This document shows positions 39,325 to 49,900 of a DNA stretch of 64,000 nucleotides, piece by piece (the stretch's first letter is position 1; every line of letters begins with the position of its first letter). Source of the DNA: Balanoglossus misakiensis (Eukaryota > Animalia > Hemichordata); NCBI GenBank assembly GCA_040954595.2, contig CM082590.2, forward strand, positions 2,914,001 through 2,978,000, written 5' to 3'. Made by a program: the position numbers and the translations under genes. The notes under the pieces were generated by a model. The model saw nothing but the letters and a program-made list of their open reading frames with translations, made no database searches and was not told the origin of the DNA.

Positions 39325-39423
39325 CTTGAAAATCGCAAAGTCTTCATATCGTCAAATAACTGCAATGCAGTACTCAGACCTTCAGAAATCATACCGTATT
39401 TCTCACCTGCTCCTGACAAAAAT
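39325..39423 (-). pseudogene. MED25: MED25 von Willebrand A domain exon
   Basis: [44 protein letters not shown], matching vertebrate MED25 [30 protein letters not shown]. Not in the ORF track. Neighbouring VWA exons were not found. Confidence 0.88.
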
Positions 39424-39587
39424 CTGAAATACAACACAGTACAATTATTTAACAAAAGGTGTATGTAAACAATGTCTACTCTGATTGTAGACAGATTTGA
39501 TTAAACATTTTATGAAACATTTAAAGGTAGGAACCTCTAATAAAAGCCAGTGAGTCAAAGGACAAAACTGAGACTTTGTCCCTTTAA

Positions 39588-39672
39588 TCCTTTCACCCCC
39601 AGTTCCTTCTATACAGGTCGAACCTTTTCATAGATAACAATGGGTTTAGACTGAACCTTGGTTGTGAAAGGG
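39588..39672. mobile_element. Short piggyBac-like MITE (TTAA TSD); a partial copy ends at ~18843
   Basis: TTAA|TCCTTTCAC ... GTGAAAGGG|TTAA. Confidence 0.7.
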
Positions 39673-40217
39673 TTAATGGGCTTCAATAATGAGTTTTCTT
39701 TAAAATAAGAGGGTGTTACTTAAGGGTTATTACACTAAGTTTGGTCGATAACGCGTCATATTTGAGTGATAGTATGCCAAACTTGCATGGTATGTACAGC
39801 GTGATTACTGCACACAAACATCCCTCTGCAATACACAAACACCATCCAACTTAAAATCAAATGCCTAACAAGTAGCTATTTGATATTTTGTGAATCGGTT
39901 TTATTCTATTCATATTATATTATTTTATATGTGATGTTGATTAACTTGCATTTTTGTCAGAATAGAGTGGTATACATACAAGGTCTTTCTAATGTCAGGT
40001 GTCTATAAAAAGATAAGCCTGTTGCATCATTGTATAAGTGGTATAAGTCCATGGTGCCAGTAAGAATTGGGGTAGGTCTTGTAATTGGAACAGTGCATGG
40101 GGGGGGGGGGCTGTTATGTGCACAGTATATGTTGTTGCAGACATTTGAATGAAATATGAAATAGCAAGAAATAGTGGGTGCATTTGTGCGACTCAATTTG
40201 TTACTATTATTTTGCAG

Positions 40218-41403
40218 AAGCTGAGAAAACACGCCAGTGCTGTGTACACACCTGTGCATCAAAAGGCTTCTCTGAGGATAGTCATTACACGCCCAAACGA
40301 GGGTAAATCATTCCCAGGGCAAACTATGTAAGTGTCAGTTCTTCATGTAAGCACGCCATCGCTCACACTTCTGCATCCCCCCAGTCCACGTCAGTATATA
40401 CATGCATAATACACCCCTTCTCTTTAGTACCTCATGTTATCCCATGCTTGCATTTTAATACACAGTTTAATTATGTAAATTTGTTGCTTTTAACAGGGAA
40501 ACATTTTTTTTTCTCAATGAATTTGTTGACATAGGTCATGTTTATTCTGAATGCAATCATTTAGCCTTCTCTTTGTAAGTAAGTGGGGATTGAATTTTGT
40601 GAGTACTAAATGACTTTCACACCAATGTAATAATTATTGGTACTCTTTTTAATTTCAATCAGGTGATTCTAGACGAGGGCGAGCCTCTGCCACTGCAATA
40701 TGAACGGCTTTCCAACTCCAACGTAGCGATTCCATCTGCCTGGTTGAGCATAACTTTAGGTAGATGCAAGAACAAGCCGCCATCTTACGTCATAAAAAAG
40801 CTGATGGATGGGTTGTTTAAAACCCGAACAACTGAGCGGGAAGAATACCAGCGCATTTATTGGAACACCCTACCAGCATGTTGTAACGGCACTGACTTGT
40901 AAGTAAAAGGTTTCTTTAAAATGTCGAAATGATTGTATTCTATGATAATGACATTTTTTGCATGTCCCTGGAGTGAAATTCTTTGATTGGCTATCCCATA
41001 TTCACTGGATTCAAAATAAATATCATTATAAAGGTGCATCTCATCCTTAAACATTTCATTTTATTTGTTCTGACCATCTACTACAAATACACTCGATGAA
41101 ATTTATCAGTTAGGTCAACAGTTTTTGTACCTGAATGATATTAAGTTTTTTTCCTGAATTTTAGTTGAATTGTGTGACTTCCGGTTGGTGGAAATTACTC
41201 GTATTGGGCAACTGCATATGTAACAATTATGCTTGGCAATCTTCTCCTTATTACTGCATGGTGTAACTGATATGTGTTTATTCTTCTCTTTTTCAGTATT
41301 TGGTGTCAACAAACTGAAGATGTCAACAAAAGAGCTGATCCATGCATTCAATGCGAAATGCGCCACATGCAAACGGGCTGTCTTAAATAAAAACAGAGTG
41401 TAG
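40218..41403 (+). pseudogene. Spliced BEN-domain gene remnant (exons 40218-40327, 40663-40898, 41297-41403)
   Basis: GT-AG introns. SYVIKKLMDGLFK, a frameshift, PEQLSGKN...HVVTALT|LFGVNKLKMSTKELIHAFNAKCATCKR fits the BEN pattern (LM..LF..EEL; I..A.N.KC). Confidence 0.6.
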
Positions 41404-41640
41404 TAGAGTAGGAAGTTTGTAGTGTAGTTTTTTATATTGGAAAAAAATTGTAGAGTAGCAAGTTTGTAGTGTAGTTTTTTTTATATTGAAAAAAAATTAG
41501 AGTAGCAAGTTGTTTGTAGTGTAGTTTTTTATATTGGAAAAAAATTGTAGAGTAGCAAGTTTGTAGTGTAGTTTTTTTTATATTGAAAAAAAATTAGAGT
41601 AGCAAGTTGTTTGTAGTGTAGTTTTTTATATTGGAAAAAC
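41404..41640. repeat. Minisatellite, ~47-50-bp units in alternating ~97-bp dimers
   Basis: TAGAGTAGCAAGT(TGT)TTGTAGTGTAGTTTTTTATATTG(G)AAAAAAA, 5 copies. Confidence 0.9.
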
Positions 41641-42489
41641 ATTTTTTGCAGAGGAGCAAGTTGGAAAAACATTTTTTGCAGAGGAGCAAGTTGTGGTGTT
41701 TATATTTGTAGTGTAGCTTTTTATTTTTTGAAAACCAATTTTTGTAGTGTGTAGTTTTACCATGTTGATTTTTTAGATTTCTTAACCCTGTGATTAAAAT
41801 AGATTTTTTTAAAAATAAAAACTGTTAATTATAGTTTGCTTGTCTCTGAGGTTTTATGGGGGGTGGGGGTGGGTGGTTCAATGGTACCCCTAGTTAATTG
41901 TCTTGCTGCAAACTCACTGCAATGTTCAAATTTTCAAGGTGGCAATCTTGATTGCTGTGAACTCACTGCAGTATTCAAATTCCTGTGAACTCACTGCAGT
42001 ATTCAAAATCTTGTTGCTGGAAGTTTGCAACAAATTTGCAAGTCCCCTAATTTGCATGGTAAAATCAGGACTGTTTGCCACTTTGCAGCAGCAGTTTGCA
42101 GTGAGTTCGCAGAATCCTGCTGCAGATTTGCGGGAGGAGTTTGCAGCAGGCCCTTTTTTCGTAAGGGATGTCCATATTATGGACATCACGAGGATGCGTC
42201 ACGTTATCGACCAAACTTAGTGTAATAACCCCTTTATCATACATGAACAGTAGCCCATAGCCAAGTGTGACAGGGCGATGCGATCAGGTGATCAACGTAT
42301 AGGCCGTAGTATCATTCTAAGAGGGTTGGCAGCTTTCATTATGATGGGCACATGTGATTCAGGTCCCTCCCATCTACCTTAGCTGAGCTTGGGATCGCTT
42401 CGCCAAAGTTTATATGACAAGGGTGTTAGCCCATTCCTATCACAATAGGCTAGCTATATCGTTTATATGCCTTAATGAATTAATTAATA

Positions 42490-42551
42490 TGACTGACTGA
42501 CGGACTGACTGACTGACTAACTGACTGACTCACTGAATGAATGAATGAAAG

Positions 42552-42582
<31 letters not shown>
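42490..42582. repeat. Compound tetranucleotide microsatellite (GACT)n(GAAT)n(CAAT)n
   Basis: Read directly from the sequence. Confidence 0.9.
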
Positions 42583-43779
42583 TACCCAGACATGGCATGG
42601 AGGGATTCACCTCCTGTTGAGATGTTCGCACCCCCTAGCAAATTGTCACAGGTGGGGTGGTCAGTGGCCCTTAAAATGATGTCACTCACATGATAGAGAT
42701 ATTAATTACATAACTCCTTTCCAGAGTGTGCTCTATTTATAGTCTGCACTATATACAGGTAAATGTGTAATGATATTTCAATAACTTTTGGAATCACAGG
42801 TCAGTAGAAAGGTTGATTGAACAAAAGGTTTTGAAATTCGTTCACCTTGTATTGGAACAGCTCTTACAGACATCACAACATCATTCAACGCTAAATCTTC
42901 GTAACTTTTACATACTGTTAATATAAATATAATTATTTTTCTTTAAATTCATCCAAATATTACAATGTTTCTAGCAATTTCATAGCTGTATTATAGTTAT
43001 TAAGATAATACTGTGTGTATGATATATACTTTGTGGATAGGATACAGATCTTTGCTTATTACCAAGAATATAACACCATGTGTTTGGATTTTAAATGCAG
43101 TTCGGAGCTGACTGTGTTGCATTTTGACTGCAAAATTAAAATATTTAGTTACATTTCCTTGCATTTAGTGTTGAAAATGTCACTTTCAGCTTTAAAATGA
43201 GCACTGATATCTATGGAACTAGAAGAATTGTGCTTTCTATTCTACAACATACAACATTTACATTTAATCAAACAACAGGATGATATTTGACAGTCAATCA
43301 ATAAATATAACATACGTGTGAGTTGCATGTACAAAACTAGACACATGTATGTATGTGATATTTAAAGGGACATTAACTGTTACACATGCTCTACACAGAA
43401 CTCCACTTGTCAGCATAACCTGTATGTGTGTAACGGCTATTGAAATGAATTCTAGTCCAGACTTGAATTCAAATTCACAATAACAATACTGAACAGACAC
43501 ACCTATATTTCATCATGATTCAGGGATCTGAAGAAGACACTGCAGTAAATACTTAAAACAAAAATACTGAAAACAAAGTGAAAAGTTACAGCTAATGAAG
43601 CTTTAACTATGTTCAGAAACAAGTAGAACAGGCAATCAAAACACATTATAAACATTGAGAAAAACACCCAAAGTTACATGTACTACCGGTATCTATGAGG
43701 GCCCGTTCTGGTCAAAATTGTAGTTTATTAATAAAACATGTTAGAATTAATTTTACCAGTATATAGAATTATTTTTTAT

Positions 43780-45295
43780 GTGCTTTAATTATTTTTTTGT
43801 AGTCATGCAGAATTAATTTTATGTGTTCTAAATAATTATTTTAGCTTATCTTTGTTAGAAATAATTCTGCCAACATCTCGAATTATTTTTATGTGTAGAC
43901 TCGAATTAATTTCACGTGTTGTGTCGAATTAATTTCACGTTGTCAAATAATATTGCCCTTACAATCCTTTGCGCGTAAATCAAGATGGCGGCGGCTGAGC
44001 ATGTCTTTCTCGCCGCATAAAGTTAAAAAAGGGGCCGTTGTACAAGTTGTGAAACGTTTTGGGGCGATTTGCTGTCCAATATAAATGCAGTGTGCTCGAA
44101 AACGGCGATCGGTCCACGAGTTTTGGTCTACAGACAGAATTTTCTAGTCAAACCACTCAAAACCACTACCAGTTGGTGTAATCGCCAGCCTTGCTATGGT
44201 ATAGCCCAGCTCTGCGTACAGTGTTCTTGGCGTGGAGGCCGTGTCATGGCGGGAACACACAGACCTGTACACAGAGCTAGCTGTTGCCCCGCGTTGCCAA
44301 TTCGCCTTGATTGAATAAATTTTGACATCTGAACATACAAAAATTGTGTTAATTTGTTATTTTCAGAACTAAGAAATAGCTGTAGGGCCCAGATCCCAGG
44401 AAACGGCGAATAAAATATTCCTTACAATTTCCTTGTAAACTCAAGTTTTGTTTAAATAAATTTAAATTAAAAAGACAAAGTCTCTCTCTACATAACCATA
44501 TTTAATGATAGCTTGCATTCTAGATTTACAACTGATAAGATAGGGTGTGGGGCATAGATAGTAAAGGGGCAGACCCCGAAGTCTCCACCTCCTCTGTAGG
44601 CTGCATTCACAAACACCATTGGAGGGTGGGGGGGGGGGGGTGGGCGAGAGAATTAAAAAATTTTACCGCTAATTTTCACATGCCCCCCCCCTCCCCCCGA
44701 CACAACCCGAAATATTTACAAATCCCCCTTCCGAACTGCCAAAATTTTAAACACCCTCCCCCTCCATTTTCTTTCACAGAGCAAAACACATCACCTATCT
44801 ATCTTGTAAAAGATGATATTAATTCGACACTACACCTGTAATTAATTCAAGTCTACACGTAAAAAGAATTCGATATGTTGGCAAAATTATTTCTAACAAA
44901 GATAAGCTAAAATAATTATTTAGAACACATAAAATTAATTCTGCATGACTACAAAAAATAATTAAAAACATTGAATTCCCCCCAAAACGTCTCACAACTT
45001 GTACAACGGCCCCTTTTTCGAACTTTATGCGGCGAGAAAGACATGCTCAGCCGCCGCCATTTTGATTTAAGCGCAAAGGATTGTGGGGGCAATATTAATT
45101 TGACACAATGTAAAATTAATTCGACACAACACGTGAAATTAATTCGACAAAACACGTGATATTAATTCGACACTACACCTGAAATTAATTCGAGTCTACA
45201 CGTAAAAATAATTCGAGATGTTGGCAAAATTATTTCCAACAAAGATAAGCTAAAATAATTATTTAGAACACATAAAATTAATTCTGCATGACTAC
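43780..45295. mobile_element. Fold-back element with ~270-bp inverted arms and a partial third copy
   Basis: 43797-44065 is the reverse complement of 44980-45295. Region 44818-44968 is an extra copy of the outer part of the arm. Confidence 0.8.
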
Positions 45296-46313
45296 ATGTC
45301 GGTCTCTGGCCCATGGACTATAACCAAACAATGATAGTCCCAAATAAAGCCAAGCCATCAACTCCAATTTTGGTTTATTGGTGATGTTTTCTGCGATCAT
45401 GCTGGATGCAATGCGGATATAATAAAACTACTCTGTGAAAAATATGTTTGTTTACAAATTTGTTCACCTTTGTGGGTATATTGAACAGAAAGGGTTACTC
45501 CCCTTAACCTCTCAACAAACAAACAATCTTGACAATATTTGTAAACATACATATTTTTGTCACACATTTTTATATTAAACAAACACACACACACACTGCA
45601 AAGCAGGAGGAAGAGCTCCCTGTGGTCTTCCCACAAACGTTGGAATCACACTGCAGTGGTCGCCTGATTCAACCAGTAAAGGTCACATGAGGTCATCAAT
45701 TGTTGTCGGTTTTCTGGTTGAATATTCTCTGAAAGCACGCCTTAACATTGATATTTTGCAATTGGTGTCAATAGTCATGAACTTTAAATAATGGAGCATC
45801 ACTCGGCCCCAGTTACTAAGTTGCGATAGGGCGAAATCAACAGCGGAAACTGATTGTCGATCGTCCATGTCTCAAGCTTACCTTGTTTACGGACTGAATC
45901 AGGGGACTACAGTAACGTTATCGCGATGAATGTGATTCTACCCACACATTAAGTCGTGAAAACTATCAGTGATATCTTAAAACACACTAAATACTGTAAT
46001 GTTTCAATACTCACTCCGCCAAATCTGTATATAGGAATAATGATGGTGGACAGTGTGGGGGGCCTGAACCCATGACTTGCAGAAAACAGCTGGTACTTGC
46101 TCGCTCCTTGGCTTTGCATGTTTTCCGCTATTCTTTCAGAGAAATATGACACCGTCCTGGATGTGTAACAAACACTGGCCAACTAACGTCCATAGAAAAG
46201 GCGACATTGGAGTTGACGACAGAAAAAACTGGCAGATTCTCTAGCCTGCGTGTCACACATGTGTTTACAACGAAGACACTGAACTGGTCAAAGGAAACGG
46301 GTCGAAGGTCAGC

Positions 46314-46331
46314 AACAGCGCCCTCTTGGGG
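46314..46331 (-). promoter_or_regulatory. CTCF-like motif
   Basis: The minus strand reads CCCCAAGAGGGCGCTG, close to the CTCF core CCnCnAG(A/G)GGGCGC. Confidence 0.4.
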
Positions 46332-46916
46332 TATATTCTGCGGAACTTTTGAAAGTTCCCGATCTCGTATCCTAAGGACGCCAGCAGAATTTCCTGCGGC
46401 ATTTTAATTCTCATTCAAATATGAAAGAAACAAAACTAACCCGGTGTGAATTAGTTGGTTTAAAGGGGAGTTGGGGCAGGGTCTTCTTTCGGTAGTTTTG
46501 ACCCCCAATAAGGCCTATTTACGGAGAGGATCTCTTATTCTTCAAATTTATTAATGGAAGTCGCGTATATGGGTAAGGGACCATTTAGTTTTTACGGCCG
46601 GGTGGGGCGGCAAAATCCAGGGGGGGGGGTCACTTAAATTTTGAAGTCCGAAAGTGGGGGTAATCTTTTTTTTAAAAACGTTTAGGGGGTCACATACTTT
46701 TGCCGCAAAACTTTTGCTTTGAGTCCACAAAATTGCAGTTTCGCGCCCTTAATTTTACAAGATTTTCTAATATGGGAGGGGGACACCCCATCCCACACCC
46801 ACCCCTCCATTCTTCGCTACATTTCATTTATTGTCTGGTTTGTCTAGTGTACAAGGGCAGACTACTTGCCACACCACCACACCGATGCTTACTTTGAGTG
46901 GAGTGGCAAAAGTAAA

Positions 46917-49900
46917 ATGCGCAGAACACATAGATAGGCCTATGCGCATAAGAACGTTTTCCACTAGACTCTGTGGATCGACGGATAGTTCCAAAATGCC
47001 CATGGTTGCTTCCAAACAGCCTCGTTTATTTACCGAATTCTGTTGTGAGGCACATAACACATAGATAGGCCTATGTGCATAAGAAAGTTTTCCACTAGAC
47101 TCTGTAGATCGAGAGATAGTTCTAAAATATCCATGGTTGCCTCAAAACACAGCCTCGTTTGTTTACAAAAATCTGTTGTGATGCGCAGAACACATAGATA
47201 GGCCTATGCGCATAAGAACGTTTTCCACTAGACCTTTTAGATCGACGGATAGTTCTAAAATTTCCATGGTTGTTTCCAAACAGCCTCGTTTATTTACCGA
47301 TTTCTGTTGTGAGGCGCTGAACACATAGATAGGCCTATGCGCATAAGAAAGTTTTCCACTAGACGCTGAAGATCGACGGATAGTTCTAAAATTTCCATGG
47401 TTGCTTCCAAACAGCCTCGTTTATTTACCGATTTCTGTTGTGAGGCGCAGAACACATGATAGGCCCATGCTCATAAGAAATTTTTCCACTAGACTGTGTA
47501 GATCGAGAGATAGTTCAAAAATTTCCGTGGTTGCTTCCAAACAGCCTCGTTTGTTTACAAAATTATTTTGTGATGCGCAGAACACATAGATAGGCCTATG
47601 CGCAAAAGAACGTTTTCCACTAGACTCTGTAGATCGATGGATAGTTCTAAAATTTACATGGGTGCTTCTAAACAGCCTCGTTTATTTACCGATTTCTGTT
47701 GTGAGGCGCTGAACACATGATAGGCCTATACGCATAAGAAAGTTTTCCACTATACTCTGTAGATCGACGGATAGTTGTAAAATTTCAATGGTTGCTTCCA
47801 AACAGCCTCGTTTATTTACCGAATTCTGTTGTGATGCGCAGAACACATGATAGGACTATGCGCATAAGAAATTTTTCCACTAGACCCTGTAGATCGACGG
47901 GTTGTTCTAAAATTTCCATAGTTGCTTCCAAACAGCCTCGTTTATTTACCGAATTCTGTTGTTAGGCGCAGAACACGTGATAGGCCTATGCGCATAAGAA
48001 AGTTTTCCACTAGACTCTGTAGATCGACGGATAGTTCTAAAATTGCCATGGTTGCTTCCAAACAGCCTCGTTAATTTACCGATTTCTGTTGTGAGGCGCA
48101 GAACACATGATAGGCCTATGCGCATAAGAAATTTTTCCACTAGACTCTGTAGATCGACGGATAGTTCTAAAATGTCCATGGTTGCTTCCAAACAGCCTCG
48201 TTTATTTAATGAATTCTGTTGTGATGCGCAGAACACATGATAGGCCTATGCGCATAAGAATTTTTCCACTAGACTCTGTAGATCGACGGATAGTTCTAAA
48301 ATATCCATACTTGCTGCCAAACAGCCTCGTTTATTTACCGAATTATGTTGTGAGGCGCAGAACACGTGATAGGCCTATGCGCATCAGAAAGTTTTCCACT
48401 AGACTCTGTAGATCGAGAGATAGTTCTAAAATTTCCAATGTTGCCTCAAAACACAGCCTCGTTTGTTTACAAAATTCTGTTGTGATGCGCAGAACACATA
48501 GATAGGCCTATGCACATAAGAACGTTTTCCACTAGACTCTGTAGATCGACGGATAGTTCTAAAATTTCCATGGTTGCTTCCAAACACAGTCTCGTTTGTT
48601 TACAAAAGTCTGCAGTGATGCGCAGAACACATGATAGGCCTATGCGCATAAGAAACTTTTTCACTGTAGATCGACGGATAGTTCTAAAATTTCCATAGAC
48701 TCTGTAGATCGAGAGATAGTTCTAAAATTTCCATGGTTGCTTCCAAACACAGCCTCGTTTGTTTACAAAATTCTTTTGTGATGCGCAGAACACATAGCTA
48801 GGCCTATGCGCATAAGAAAGTTTTCCACTAGACTCTGTAGATCGACGGATAGTTCTAAAATTTCCATGGTTGCTTCCAAACAGCCTCGTTTATTTACCGA
48901 ATTCTGTTGTGAGGCGCAGAGCACGTAATAGGCCTATGCGCATACGAAAGTTTTCCACCAGACTCCGTAGATCGACGGATAGTTGTAAAATTCCATGGTT
49001 GTTTCCAAACACAGCCTCGTTTATTTACCGATTTCTGTTGTGAGGCGCTGAACACATGATAGGCCTATACGCATAAGAAAGTTTTCCACTATACTCTGTA
49101 GATCGACGGATAGTTCTAAAATTTCCATGGTTGCTTCCAAACAGCCTCGTTTATTTACCGATTTCTGTTGTGAGGCGCAGAACACATGATAGGCCCATGC
49201 TCATAAGAAATTTTTCCACTAGACTGTGTAGATCGAGAGATAGTTCAAAAATTTCCGTGGTTGCTTCCAAACAGCCTCGTTTGTTTACAAAATTATTTTG
49301 TGATGCGCAGAACACATAGATAGGCCTATGCGCAAAAGAACGTTTTCCACTAGACTCTGTAGATCGACGGATAGTTGTAAAATTTCAATGGTTGCTTCCA
49401 AACAGCCTCGTTTATTTACCGAATTCTGTTGTGATGCGCAGAACACATGATAGGACTATGCGCATAAGAAATTTTTCCACTAGACTCTGTAGATCGACGG
49501 GTAGTTCTAAAATTTCCATAGTTGCTTCCAAACAGCCTCGTTTATTTACCGAATTCTGTTGTTAGGCGCAGAACACGTGATAGGCCTATGCGCATAAGAA
49601 AGTTTTCCACTAGACTCTGTAGATCGACGGATAGTTCTAAAATTGCCATGGTTGCTTCCAAACAGCCTCGTTAATTTACCGATTTCTGTTGTGAGGCGCA
49701 GAACACATGATAGGCCTATGCGCATAAGAAATTTTTCCACTAGACTCTGTAGATCGACGGATAGTTCTAAAATGTCCATGGTTGCATCCAAACAGCCTCG
49801 TTTATTTAATGAATTCTGTTGTGATGCGCAGAACACATGATAGGCCTATGCGCATAAGAATTTTTCCACTAGACTCTGTAGATCGACGGATAGTTCTAAA

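Larger units (their letters stand above)
39723..42233. mobile_element. Non-autonomous TIR element (PIF/Harbinger-like) carrying a BEN-domain gene fragment
   Basis: Perfect ~29-bp TIR GGGTTATTACACTAAGTTTGGTCGATAACG / CGTTATCGACCAAACTTAGTGTAATAACCC, flanked by TTA at 39720-39722 and 42234-42236. Confidence 0.7.
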
